DNA from: Candidatus Micrarchaeota archaeon
GTDB taxonomy: Archaea; Micrarchaeota; Micrarchaeia; Anstonellales; Bilamarchaeaceae
NCBI GenBank assembly: GCA_040753215.1
Contig: JBFMEZ010000020.1
Span: forward strand, 1 to 11,341
DNA length: 11,341 nt
Reading direction: 5' to 3'
Shown: positions 1 through 7,815 of the stretch, piece after piece
How the letters are laid out: each line of letters starts with the position of its first letter
Numbering within the stretch: position 1 is the stretch's first letter
Notes under the pieces: model-generated
The model's database searches: none
What the model was told of the DNA's origin: nothing
Seen by the model: the letters and a program-made list of their open reading frames with translations, nothing else
Made by a program: the position numbers and the translations under genes

Positions 1-55
1 AAAATCCAAACTCCTTCAAAATGTTGTCGATAACTTCGACGTTAGCGGCGTGCAT
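1..55 (-). CDS. Possible N-terminus of a gene running off the left edge (MHAANVEVIDNILKEFGF...)
   Basis: ATG at 55-53 is open to the window edge, in the same orientation as the adjacent genes, with an AT-rich tract upstream (about 88-103). An alternative + strand C-terminus (2..91, ...QNPYARR*) cannot be excluded. Confidence 0.3.
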   Translation of the reverse strand, partial: MHAANVEVIDNILKEFGF

Positions 56-119
56 GGGGATCAACTTCAAAATCCATATGCACGTCGTTAATTTATCTAC
101 TTTTCAGGAAACGCAAAAC

Positions 120-947
120 TCAAGATTGTTTCCTAAGAACGTAGATAGAAACCCGGAGTGGCCGCTCGCACTTTAGATAATCTTCGTTTCCGCATTCCTT
201 TCCTTCAATCCTGAAGAACTTCCCTGCTGTCTCTTCAAACTTCCGCTCTTCAGGCACATGCAACCTGTGCCCAGGCAGATCGTAGCCCATTCTGGCAAGC
301 GCTTCCAGAAGCCCGCCCAGGTGCCTGCGGGTTTTTACAATCCCTTCGATTCCATCCCATATATCATGCGTATAAACAAAATCTTCATCAAAATTGTAAT
401 AGGCGAGCAAAAGGTCCCTTATCGCATACATGAAAAATCTGCCCGGCCTTCCTTTCAGGCGTTCGCACAGGCCCACAATTTCTTCCCTGCTTATGCGGCC
501 TTCCTTCGTTCTCGTATAAAGCCGCGGAAGGAACATCCCGCCTTTCCTGAGAGAACAATGCACTTTCGCGAGCAGCTTCTCACAATCTTCTCTTCCAACC
601 ATATTCAGGGCGTTATCGCCCAGCACAGCGTCGAATTCTTCCACGAATCGCATGTCTCTCCAGTCTGAGAGTACGAACCGTTCATCCCGTTTTCCTATTT
701 CTTCAGAAAGAATATCGTAGTTTCCTTCGTTGAAATCAACAAGGGTTGGACCAATCCCCAATTTCCTGCAGAGCAGGCGATACTCCGCAGTAACCCCCAT
801 TATCAGCACTTTGCAGCTCTCCGCCACCCTTTTTTTCTCCAGCTCATTCCTGATTATTTCAATCTCTGAAGCTGAAGGCCTGGCAGGAGGGGTATAGTAT
901 TTCCACACTTCAGCAAGGCCACCGCTTTTCCACGCCCTCATAGTCAC
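120..947 (-). CDS. Class I SAM-dependent methyltransferase-like protein (start GTG 947 or ATG 941)
   Basis: Rossmann-like motif order: KVLIMGVTAE (degenerate motif I), TLVDFN (acidic end of strand 2), SDW, FDAVLGDNALNMV, LRKGGMF (post-motif). Confidence 0.75.
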   Translation of the reverse strand: MTMRAWKSGGLAEVWKYYTPPARPSASEIEIIRNELEKKRVAESCKVLIMGVTAEYRLLCRKLGIGPTLVDFNEGNYDILSEEIGKRDERFVLSDWRDMRFVEEFDAVLGDNALNMVGREDCEKLLAKVHCSLRKGGMFLPRLYTRTKEGRISREEIVGLCERLKGRPGRFFMYAIRDLLLAYYNFDEDFVYTHDIWDGIEGIVKTRRHLGGLLEALARMGYDLPGHRLHVPEERKFEETAGKFFRIEGKECGNEDYLKCERPLRVSIYVLRKQS

Positions 948-968
948 AGATATTAAATAACCGCATGT

Positions 969-978
969 GCTATAAAAA
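969..978 (-). promoter_or_regulatory. Putative TATA box for the methyltransferase gene
   Basis: Minus strand TTTTTATAGC lies about 22 nt upstream of GTG 947, the same spacing as other first genes in the window. Confidence 0.5.
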
Positions 979-979
979 T

Positions 980-2275
980 CTATTCTCCCAGCACTTTCGC
1001 AATCTCCCTGAGCACAGGCGCAATCTCCTTCTCATTATATGAGTACGTAACCGTAACCAGCGGCTTCCTTACATGCAGGAGCCCCTTCAGATCCATCGGA
1101 GTCGCGCACACAACATAATCCGCCTTCATCTTCTTTATGGTATCCGCAAGCTCCTTCATCTGCCTGTCCGAATAACCCATCGCGGGCAGCACATTCCTGC
1201 AATGTGGATACTTCCGGTAAGTCTCTTTTATGGAGCCCACCGCAAATTTCAAAGGAGAAACAATCCTCGCCCCGGCCTTCTTCGCCACAAAATACCCCGC
1301 CCCATAGGGCATTCCCCCATGCGTCACAGTAGGTCCATCCTCTATAATCGCAACCCTCTTCCCTTTTATCCTCCCGTCTATTTTCGGAACAATGTCCGCC
1401 TTCACTATCTTCGCCTTCGGATTTACCTTCTTCGCATTCTCTTCCACCAATTTAGCCCCTTTCTTATTCTGGGAATACTTGCTAATCACAATAATATCCG
1501 CCATGCGGAAATTCACTTCCCCCGGGTAATACAGCATCTCATTCCCCGCACGGAGCGCATCCGCCACCACAATCAGCAAATCCGGCTTATAAAAAGGGAA
1601 ATCATTGTTTCCCCCGTCCCACAGAATATACGAGTGTTCGCTCTCCGCTCTCCTCAAAATCTTCTCATAATCTACCCCTGCCCACACAACCGCCCCGTTC
1701 TTCACGTGCCCCTCATACTCCTCCCTTTCCTCAATTGTACAATGCGCCTTATCCAGGTCTTCCATCCGCTCAAACCTCTGCACCTCTTCCTTCACCAGCT
1801 CCCCATAAGGCATGGGGTGCCGAACAACCCCCAGCCTCTTCCCGTATTTTTTCGAAAGCAGTTTTGAGAGAGGGCTCTTCCCCGCCCCGGTCCTGGTAGC
1901 ACAGACAGCCACAACCTTCTTCCTGCTCTTAAGCATGGTCTCCCGCGGCCCGAGCAATACGTAGCTCGCTCCTGCAGCCATGCTCCTGCATGCAAGGTGC
2001 ATCACATGCTCATGCGAAACATCAGAATACGAAAAGGCGCACTCATCCACTCCTTTGCTCCTAATCATCTCCTCCATCCTGTCCTCAGAATAGATTGGAA
2101 TCCCGTTCGGATAGAGCACTCCCGCAATCTCCTTCGGATAAACCCTCTCCTCAATCCCGGGAATCTGCGCCGCAGTAAACCCCACCACCTCATAATTCGG
2201 GTTGCTCCTGTAGAATACATTAAAATTATGGAAATCCCTTCCCGCCGCCCCTATAATAAGGACCTTCCTCCTCAT
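980..2275 (-). CDS. COG2403 P-loop 'predicted GTPase' of the cyclic 2,3-diphosphoglycerate synthetase-like family; probably arginine synthetase (ArcE)-like
   Basis: Family motifs GAAGRDFHNFN, P-loop RTGAGKS, RHPMPYG, CTIEEREEYE, WDGGNNDFPF, EDGPTVTHGGMPYGAG and LPAMGY. Family assignment is strong; the specific activity is inferred. Confidence 0.85.
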   Translation of the reverse strand: MRRKVLIIGAAGRDFHNFNVFYRSNPNYEVVGFTAAQIPGIEERVYPKEIAGVLYPNGIPIYSEDRMEEMIRSKGVDECAFSYSDVSHEHVMHLACRSMAAGASYVLLGPRETMLKSRKKVVAVCATRTGAGKSPLSKLLSKKYGKRLGVVRHPMPYGELVKEEVQRFERMEDLDKAHCTIEEREEYEGHVKNGAVVWAGVDYEKILRRAESEHSYILWDGGNNDFPFYKPDLLIVVADALRAGNEMLYYPGEVNFRMADIIVISKYSQNKKGAKLVEENAKKVNPKAKIVKADIVPKIDGRIKGKRVAIIEDGPTVTHGGMPYGAGYFVAKKAGARIVSPLKFAVGSIKETYRKYPHCRNVLPAMGYSDRQMKELADTIKKMKADYVVCATPMDLKGLLHVRKPLVTVTYSYNEKEIAPVLREIAKVLGE

Positions 2276-2295
2276 GGATGGCTAACGGAAAGAAG

Positions 2296-2304
2296 GTATA
2301 AAAG
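2296..2304 (-). promoter_or_regulatory. Putative TATA box, leaderless transcript of the COG2403 gene
   Basis: Minus strand CTTTTATAC about 21 nt upstream of ATG 2275, with no SD in between. Confidence 0.55.
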
Positions 2305-2306
2305 GG

Positions 2307-4472
2307 CTACTGCTTCTTCCCGCCGTTTGGAGGAGGCCACAGCCTGCCACCGGCCGTTTCCCTTGCAGGCCCTCCTTCTCTTCTCTCAGCGATTTTTCTC
2401 AGCGCACGCTTCACTGCTGGCGGGATGCCCGGCTTGTCGATAAGCGCCTCAAGCACCTGCCTGTTGAGCGCAACAGGCGTTATTTCAGTTTCCGGAAAGT
2501 CGTCCTTCACCAGCGGATGAGTTGAAGCTCTTCCCACAGCCTCCACCCTTGCCAGTTTGTACCTATCCCCTTGGTTTGCAAGCTCCTTGCCCGCTTCTGC
2601 CCATGCCTCCTCAAGCACACGTTCTGTGGTAATCCCATCCCCCACCCCTTCCCGGTTTCCCGAAGCCTCTGCCGGATTTCCTTCCATCCCAGAACGGAAC
2701 CCACCAATGTACGCCCTCAATATTTCATCCGCATCTGTTCCCATCCCGGGCTGCGCAGGCTTCGGGGAGCTGCGCCCGGCCTCCCCTTTCCCAATTATCC
2801 TGAGTATAAGCTCATTCACGCGCACTGCAGCACCACTCACCTCCGCATCATCGTGGCAGGTGTTTAATGCGATTTCCCTTCTGTATCGCGCCTGCAGGGG
2901 CCATTCCTTTCCTCCCGCCTCTTCACCACCCCCCGCCTTCTCAAGCAGGCAGGCAAGAACCAGCTCGGTAGCCTGCAGCCCGTATATTTTTCTCAGTCTT
3001 GCATTCTCAAAGCCCGCAGAATCTTTCCCCGGAATCCTGCTCACCGCAGCTTTCACAATCTCCAGCTGCTGCTCATCCGGAATCTCCGCTCCCGAAGAAA
3101 CAAGCTGCTTAAACATCCTCCATGCCTGCGCCCTGTGCCCGGGCTTTGGGGCATCTCCGCGGCTTTCCGTGCACAACATCCCCACAATTATCGGGATGTG
3201 CTGAGAGGCAATGCTTATCCTTCCCTTCGCAAGCCCCTCAAAAATCTTCTGCTCTATATCCCTTATGCATCCGCCCGCCCTTTTCGCCGCCTCCCGTATC
3301 TCCTCATCCGGATGCTCCGCATCCGCTTCGATATCCCTCTTGTCCCCCGGCCTGAAATACCATTTTGTTTCGGGCTCCTTTCCCTCCCACGGATTTTCAA
3401 CCCAGCTCTCCAGTTCCCCCAGCCATCTCTTCAGTATAAGGAGTATTCCCTTCAGCCCGCAAAGCTTCCTTGCCCCCATCTCCTCCTCCGCAGGCACAGG
3501 CTTCCCTTCCTTCTGCCATTTTCCGGTTGCCGCATTCATTATCCAGCCCTGCAGTTTCCTCTCAACCGGCATTCCGGAAGAAACAACCCTCTCCAGCATC
3601 CACAGCGCATTCTCACGCTGCTTCGGCCCAACCCTGCTCATGGAAGGGTCCACAGTCATCATTCCCACTATCCTGCTCACATGGTGCTCCGTGAGCTTCA
3701 GCCCCTCCGCCATAAGCGCCCCGAACGTGCTTTTCGCCGCATAGTTCATCCTGCCCTGCGCCGCATCGCTGTCCAGCATAAAATCCACGAGGATGCTCAC
3801 CGACCTCGGCATGCGCGAAACAAAATAGCCCTTGTTCGAAAGCAGGTCCAGCTTTTCCTCCTCAGGAACATCCGGGTTCTCGAGAACGGCCCTCAGGGAA
3901 TGCTCCACAGCAATGTACAGAAGCCCTATCGCCCTCCCCCTCAGCTCCGAATCCACTGATTTGAGGCCCTTCCCAATAATTGAAATCTGGCGCGTGCTTA
4001 TGAGTGCGCCATCCTTATTCATAGCAGTGAATGTCTCCAGCCCTGCCACATAAAGCTCCGGATCGCAGTCCGCCCCCGTAAGCAGGTACTCCACAAGCAC
4101 ATCCATTCTCTCTTCGGAAGCGAAATGCGGCCCGTCTCCCAGCATGGCCCTTTTCTGCGCCTTCTCCACCCTCCGGTCGTGCAAAAATTTCCTCAGGAGC
4201 GCAATCTCATCCGCCTCCCGCTGCGCCCTGATAATCTTCAGAATGGCTGCCGCCCGCTGGCCCACAGCCGTTCCTCCTTCCCTTGCAGCTATTTCTATAC
4301 GGTTGAGCAGTTCCCTGCCCGGCTTTTCGCCTTCCCTGAGCAATCCTTCCAGCTTCTCCAGGGCTTCCCCGAAGCGCCCAATATCAGCATTCCGCCCATC
4401 AAGTATGTATTCCACAACAGCCTCCAGCCCTTCTGTTTCGCCGGGCTTCTGGCTGCTTCCCCCTTCATCCAT
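2307..4472 (-). CDS. Hypothetical 721-aa alpha-helical (HEAT/ARM-like) repeat protein
   Basis: Long ORF with amphipathic helical patterning, HEAT-like segments (HPDEEIREAA, HDDAEVSGAA, SVDSELRGRA), visible internal duplications and a low-complexity Pro/Gly/Lys-rich C-terminus. Confidence 0.8.
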   Translation of the reverse strand: MDEGGSSQKPGETEGLEAVVEYILDGRNADIGRFGEALEKLEGLLREGEKPGRELLNRIEIAAREGGTAVGQRAAAILKIIRAQREADEIALLRKFLHDRRVEKAQKRAMLGDGPHFASEERMDVLVEYLLTGADCDPELYVAGLETFTAMNKDGALISTRQISIIGKGLKSVDSELRGRAIGLLYIAVEHSLRAVLENPDVPEEEKLDLLSNKGYFVSRMPRSVSILVDFMLDSDAAQGRMNYAAKSTFGALMAEGLKLTEHHVSRIVGMMTVDPSMSRVGPKQRENALWMLERVVSSGMPVERKLQGWIMNAATGKWQKEGKPVPAEEEMGARKLCGLKGILLILKRWLGELESWVENPWEGKEPETKWYFRPGDKRDIEADAEHPDEEIREAAKRAGGCIRDIEQKIFEGLAKGRISIASQHIPIIVGMLCTESRGDAPKPGHRAQAWRMFKQLVSSGAEIPDEQQLEIVKAAVSRIPGKDSAGFENARLRKIYGLQATELVLACLLEKAGGGEEAGGKEWPLQARYRREIALNTCHDDAEVSGAAVRVNELILRIIGKGEAGRSSPKPAQPGMGTDADEILRAYIGGFRSGMEGNPAEASGNREGVGDGITTERVLEEAWAEAGKELANQGDRYKLARVEAVGRASTHPLVKDDFPETEITPVALNRQVLEALIDKPGIPPAVKRALRKIAERREGGPARETAGGRLWPPPNGGKKQ

Positions 4473-4489
4473 GCTTTATACTATAGTGG

Positions 4490-4504
4490 GAAAAGCTTTT
4501 AAGG
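4490..4504. promoter_or_regulatory. Putative bidirectional TATA region between divergent ATGs at 4472 (-) and 4523 (+)
   Basis: GAAAAGCTTTTAAGG contains the palindrome AAAAGCTTTT (4491-4500). TTTTAAG (+) and CTTAAAA (-) lie about 20-25 nt from each ATG. Confidence 0.5.
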
Positions 4505-4522
4505 GTTAGAAAGTGTGCGATA

Positions 4523-4902
4523 ATGTCTTATAAACTTATTCACACACTGAGGCAACCGATAAGCAGGATTTTCCGGAAGCAAATCTTGTTCCGGCTTATT
4601 TCGAATACATAGCGGATATCTCGGGCGGAATCAGGGGCCCTTCCAGCCCGGGCGGGAAGATTTCCGGCCCGGTTGTCCTGAAGCAGGCAAAGGCGATAGA
4701 GGCGGCGGCTGCAAAACCCGGACTCGCAATGGAACTTATAAGGCGCCTCTCGCAAAAGCTGCAGGAGCCCCAACCTTATCCCCATGATTTTTATTCCAAT
4801 CCTCCCATTCTTTTCCGTGGAAATAAAGAAAACTCTGGCATTCGCACTGCTCTACGGATTCGTTTCCGCCTCCCTTTCAATAGCCATACCCCTCTACCTT
4901 GA
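4523..4902 (+). pseudogene. Possible frameshifted or degraded small gene
   Basis: ATG 4523 frame stops at 4610-4612 (29 aa). An overlapping frame is open 4534-4902, reads protein-like (EANLVPAYFEYIADISGG...VVLKQAKAIEAAAAKPGLAMELIRRLSQKLQE) and has no ATG before 4729. Confidence 0.35.
4788..4795 (+). promoter_or_regulatory. Putative TATA box for the MFS gene
   Basis: TTTTTATT lies about 22 nt upstream of GTG 4817, which favours GTG 4817 over ATG 4784 as the start. Confidence 0.4.
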
Positions 4903-5941
4903 TTTTATAGGCTATTCCCTCTCCGGGATGGGCGTTCTCCTGGGCGCTGCAGCCCTCCTCTCAAGCCTCCTTGGAATAGTGCTCGCCGGCCTTGGTGACC
5001 GGTTCGGCAGGAAAATCCTCCTCTCCCTCTACCCCGCAGTCACCGCAATAGGCACAGGAATAATAGCATTCATCCTTTACGCGCCCGCAACCGTCCTCGG
5101 AAAAGCCTTCCTCGATTTCTCGGGAAACAACCTCTGGAATGCCCTGCTTGCCCGGCTCTCCGACCTTTCCAAAAAAGAAAACCGCGCCGCACTCGTGGGC
5201 ACGTACATCGCGGCCTTCGCCCTCGCCTATTCCGTTTCCCAGTTCCTCGCAGGCTCGGTAATAAATTCCATGGGCTTCACCGCAATCTTCGCGCTTGCAA
5301 TCCTCGCAGCCATATTAATGTCCCTTCTCGCCCTTCTATTCGTGGAAGTGGGAAGAAGGAAGCACCGCTTCCACCTCTCCCTCAACATCCTCCGCACAAG
5401 GGACGGCCTCCTGAATGCAATCGTTTCCTTCTTCACCGGCTCCACTAGCATCATATACGCCTATGTAATGTACCTCTTCTTCAAATACCATTTCGGCATG
5501 GATGCCGCGCAGACGGGCTTCTTCATCGCAGCCACATTCATCCTCTGGTCCGCTTCCTCTTTTCTTCTCGGCCCGTACATAGACCGCCACGGAATAAAGA
5601 GGATAATCCTTCTCGGCGCCCTTCTGAATGGAGGGGCCTGGATTGCAGCAATTTTCCTCCAGGATTTCTGGCCTTTCATCCTCATCATGGCCCTGGACAA
5701 TCTTACCTGGCCCCTCTACGGCCTGAGCACCGCCAAGCTCTCCTCCATAATCCCTGAAGAAGAAAACATAGGAAGGGACATCTCCATCTTCGGCTTCGCC
5801 CATATGCTCGGCGTAACCTTTGCCGCCTTTGCAGGGGGCTTCCTCGCGGAAATGTCCTTCTCATACGTATTCGCGGCAAGGGCCATCTTTGTGCTCGCCG
5901 GCGCCTCGATTGTGTTCTTCCTGATGAAGCTGAAGGATTAG
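4817..5941 (+). CDS. Major facilitator superfamily (MFS) transporter (ORF could extend to ATG 4784)
   Basis: About 12 hydrophobic segments; MFS motif A in both halves (AGLGDRFGRK; GPYIDRHGIK); LSDLSKKENRA loop. Substrate not inferable. Confidence 0.92.
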   Translation: MEIKKTLAFALLYGFVSASLSIAIPLYLDFIGYSLSGMGVLLGAAALLSSLLGIVLAGLGDRFGRKILLSLYPAVTAIGTGIIAFILYAPATVLGKAFLDFSGNNLWNALLARLSDLSKKENRAALVGTYIAAFALAYSVSQFLAGSVINSMGFTAIFALAILAAILMSLLALLFVEVGRRKHRFHLSLNILRTRDGLLNAIVSFFTGSTSIIYAYVMYLFFKYHFGMDAAQTGFFIAATFILWSASSFLLGPYIDRHGIKRIILLGALLNGGAWIAAIFLQDFWPFILIMALDNLTWPLYGLSTAKLSSIIPEEENIGRDISIFGFAHMLGVTFAAFAGGFLAEMSFSYVFAARAIFVLAGASIVFFLMKLKD

Positions 5942-5950
5942 AGGATCCGA

Positions 5951-5964
5951 CAAACTTTTATAAA
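5951..5964 (+). promoter_or_regulatory. Putative BRE/TATA promoter for ORF 6000-6455
   Basis: CAAACTTTTATAAA, followed by an SD-like GGTGG (5989-5993) before ATG 6000. Confidence 0.55.
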
Positions 5965-5999
5965 TTCTTGCTGGAACGTGTTAATTCCGGTGGCTTAGC

Positions 6000-6455
6000 A
6001 TGAATGCTAAATTTGGAAGCCCAGTTCCGCTCCTGGCCTGCCGCAATGGAGATGACCGCTTCAGGGCGAACGGGGAAAGGTACGGGCCGGTTGAGCTGCA
6101 GCTTTTGAGGAATCTGCTGCCCGGCAGCATGGTAGCCTCCCATTTTCTGAGGGGCTCCCCCCTGCAGGACCCCTTTCTCGAAAGCACCGTGCTCGCGAGA
6201 TTTGTGCAGACCGCTTATTCCCGCGGCATTCCGCTTGCCGAAGCCTCCCATACGCTCGCAGACTTCAGCATAGATGCGAGGGATGCCAGGCAGTTTATGG
6301 AGAGGCGGGAAGCAAGCCGGAGGAGAAGGGGCGAGCATGCAAAAATAGCAGACCATTTCATATACGGAGAGGGCGATGCAGGGTTTCGCCTGGGCCCCGA
6401 ACTGATAGCTTTCATAAAAAGCCGGGCAGAAAGGGAAGGGATAACCCTCGCCTGA
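6000..6455 (+). CDS. Hypothetical protein (151 aa)
   Basis: Fills the gap between the MFS gene and the convergent operon end without overlap, has an upstream TATA/SD, and shows no recognisable motif. Confidence 0.65.
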   Translation: MNAKFGSPVPLLACRNGDDRFRANGERYGPVELQLLRNLLPGSMVASHFLRGSPLQDPFLESTVLARFVQTAYSRGIPLAEASHTLADFSIDARDARQFMERREASRRRRGEHAKIADHFIYGEGDAGFRLGPELIAFIKSRAEREGITLA

Positions 6456-6461
6456 TACTTT

Positions 6462-6767
6462 CTACTCCCCGCCAATAGCCTTTTTTATCGCTTTTACAAG
6501 CCCCTCGCTCTTAATCTTGAACTTGCTCAAATCTATATTCTTCAGCACCGCGAGAATCTCCCCTCCCCTCTCAAGCGCCCTCTTCTCGTCCCCGCTGAAC
6601 CTCCTGTACAATTCGCTGAGCAGCTCGTGAATCCCTATTTTTGTATACCCTTCCTTATGCCACTGCTCTGTGAACTGCTGCGCTTCCCTCGACTCCAAAA
6701 ACAATGCAAGGTCCCCCTTCGCCTCCTCCCTCCTCTCCGGCGTTTCCGCATATCTCAGTTCTACCAT
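6462..6767 (-). CDS. Hypothetical small helical protein (about 101 aa, MVELRYAETPE...)
   Basis: Last gene of the operon. GGTGA SD (6777-6773) lies 5 nt before ATG 6767; the alternative GTG 6776 overlaps the upstream stop. Confidence 0.75.
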   Translation of the reverse strand: MVELRYAETPERREEAKGDLALFLESREAQQFTEQWHKEGYTKIGIHELLSELYRRFSGDEKRALERGGEILAVLKNIDLSKFKIKSEGLVKAIKKAIGGE

Positions 6768-6772
6768 AAGAT

Positions 6773-7264
6773 TCACCGTTTATATCCAAGCTTCCTTAAG
6801 AAATCCTTCCTCTCTTTCCTGTCTGCAGGCCCTTCCACCCCAAGGGGCTTCTCCCCGTCAACCACTCCCATCACTCCTCTCCCATACGCAGTTTCCGCAA
6901 CCACCACCTGCACCGGGTTCGCGGTCGCAGCAAATATGGTCGTCACCTCGCTCACATTCTGCACCCTGTTCACTATATTCACCGGGTAGGCGTTTTTTAT
7001 GAATATCACAAATGTATGCCCAGCCCCAATCTTCATCGCCTCCTTCTCCGCCCACTTCTGCAAATCCGCATCGTTCCCATCGCTCCTTATGAGCCTCTTC
7101 CCGGAGGCCTCGCAGAACGCAAGCCCGAACTTTATCCCCATCCCGCTCTCTATGAGAGTCTCGTACAAATCCTCCACCGTCTTTATGAAGTGGCTCTGCC
7201 CGATGATCACATTCGAATCCTTAGGCATTTCCACTTCTACAATCTTGAATTCAACTCCGTTCAT
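6773..7264 (-). CDS. Adenosine-specific kinase family protein (DUF355/COG1839)
   Basis: Family signature [70 protein letters not shown] overlap with the upstream gene. Confidence 0.93.
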   Translation of the reverse strand: MNGVEFKIVEVEMPKDSNVIIGQSHFIKTVEDLYETLIESGMGIKFGLAFCEASGKRLIRSDGNDADLQKWAEKEAMKIGAGHTFVIFIKNAYPVNIVNRVQNVSEVTTIFAATANPVQVVVAETAYGRGVMGVVDGEKPLGVEGPADRKERKDFLRKLGYKR

Positions 7265-7815
7265 ATCCCCACCTTCTCAATTATTTTAGCGGTTCTAGCC
7301 GACTCCGGCTCCGCGTGCGCCTTCAGCTTCACTACCTTTACCCCCTTAGGCTTAAAAATCGGCTTCTGGTCATACCCATAAGCAATAATATCCGGCCCGA
7401 CCCTCTCCAAGGTCTTCTCCATATTCCTAACCCCCAAAATCACCAGGTCCACTATCTTGAGCGCGCCCACCATCGCTGCCCTGTACCCCTGGTTATGCAG
7501 CGGCTTCCTCCCCTTCTTTTTAATGAACTCATCCCGCGCAACCACCACCAAGAGCACATTCCCCAGCTTCGCGGCTTCGGAAAGCGCAAGCACATGCCCT
7601 ATATGGATTACATCGAAAACCCCGCCCGTCAAAACCACTTTCAATCTCTCCCTTTTCTGCTTCGTCAAAAAATATTTATTTCCCCTCCTCTCCAGCATCC
7701 TCTTCTCCCCGGGGTAGAGCTTCGCGTAATCGCCCGCGCTAATCCCATTATCGCGCACCTGCATCAGGTAGAGGTTCTTGATTACGCTTGTCACTTCAGC
7801 ACCTACGGATAGCAT
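7261..7815 (-). CDS. ribL: Archaeal FAD synthase (cytidylyltransferase superfamily) with N-terminal extension; start may be GTG 7794
   Basis: [11 protein letters not shown] (HxGH), [38 protein letters not shown]-like site 5 nt before GTG 7794. Confidence 0.75.
   Translation of the reverse strand: MLSVGAEVTSVIKNLYLMQVRDNGISAGDYAKLYPGEKRMLERRGNKYFLTKQKRERLKVVLTGGVFDVIHIGHVLALSEAAKLGNVLLVVVARDEFIKKKGRKPLHNQGYRAAMVGALKIVDLVILGVRNMEKTLERVGPDIIAYGYDQKPIFKPKGVKVVKLKAHAEPESARTAKIIEKVGI

Noticed and set aside
980..2275. True cyclic 2,3-diphosphoglycerate synthetase (cpgS)
   Set aside because: It lacks the N-terminal DGEHYP-type motif I associate with CpgS, and no 2-phosphoglycerate kinase gene is nearby.
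4540..4790. RNase P RNA on the minus strand (GGAAAATCCTGCTTATCGG at 4574-4556 resembles the 3' P4 strand)
   Set aside because: No matching 5' GAGGAAAGUCC-type motif or P1 pairing was found upstream on that strand; the region reads better as degraded coding sequence on +.
4784..4816. ATG 4784 as the MFS start
   Set aside because: The extension MIFIPILPFFS is pyrimidine-rich, promoter-like DNA containing a TATA-like box at the typical distance from GTG 4817. Disfavoured but not excluded.
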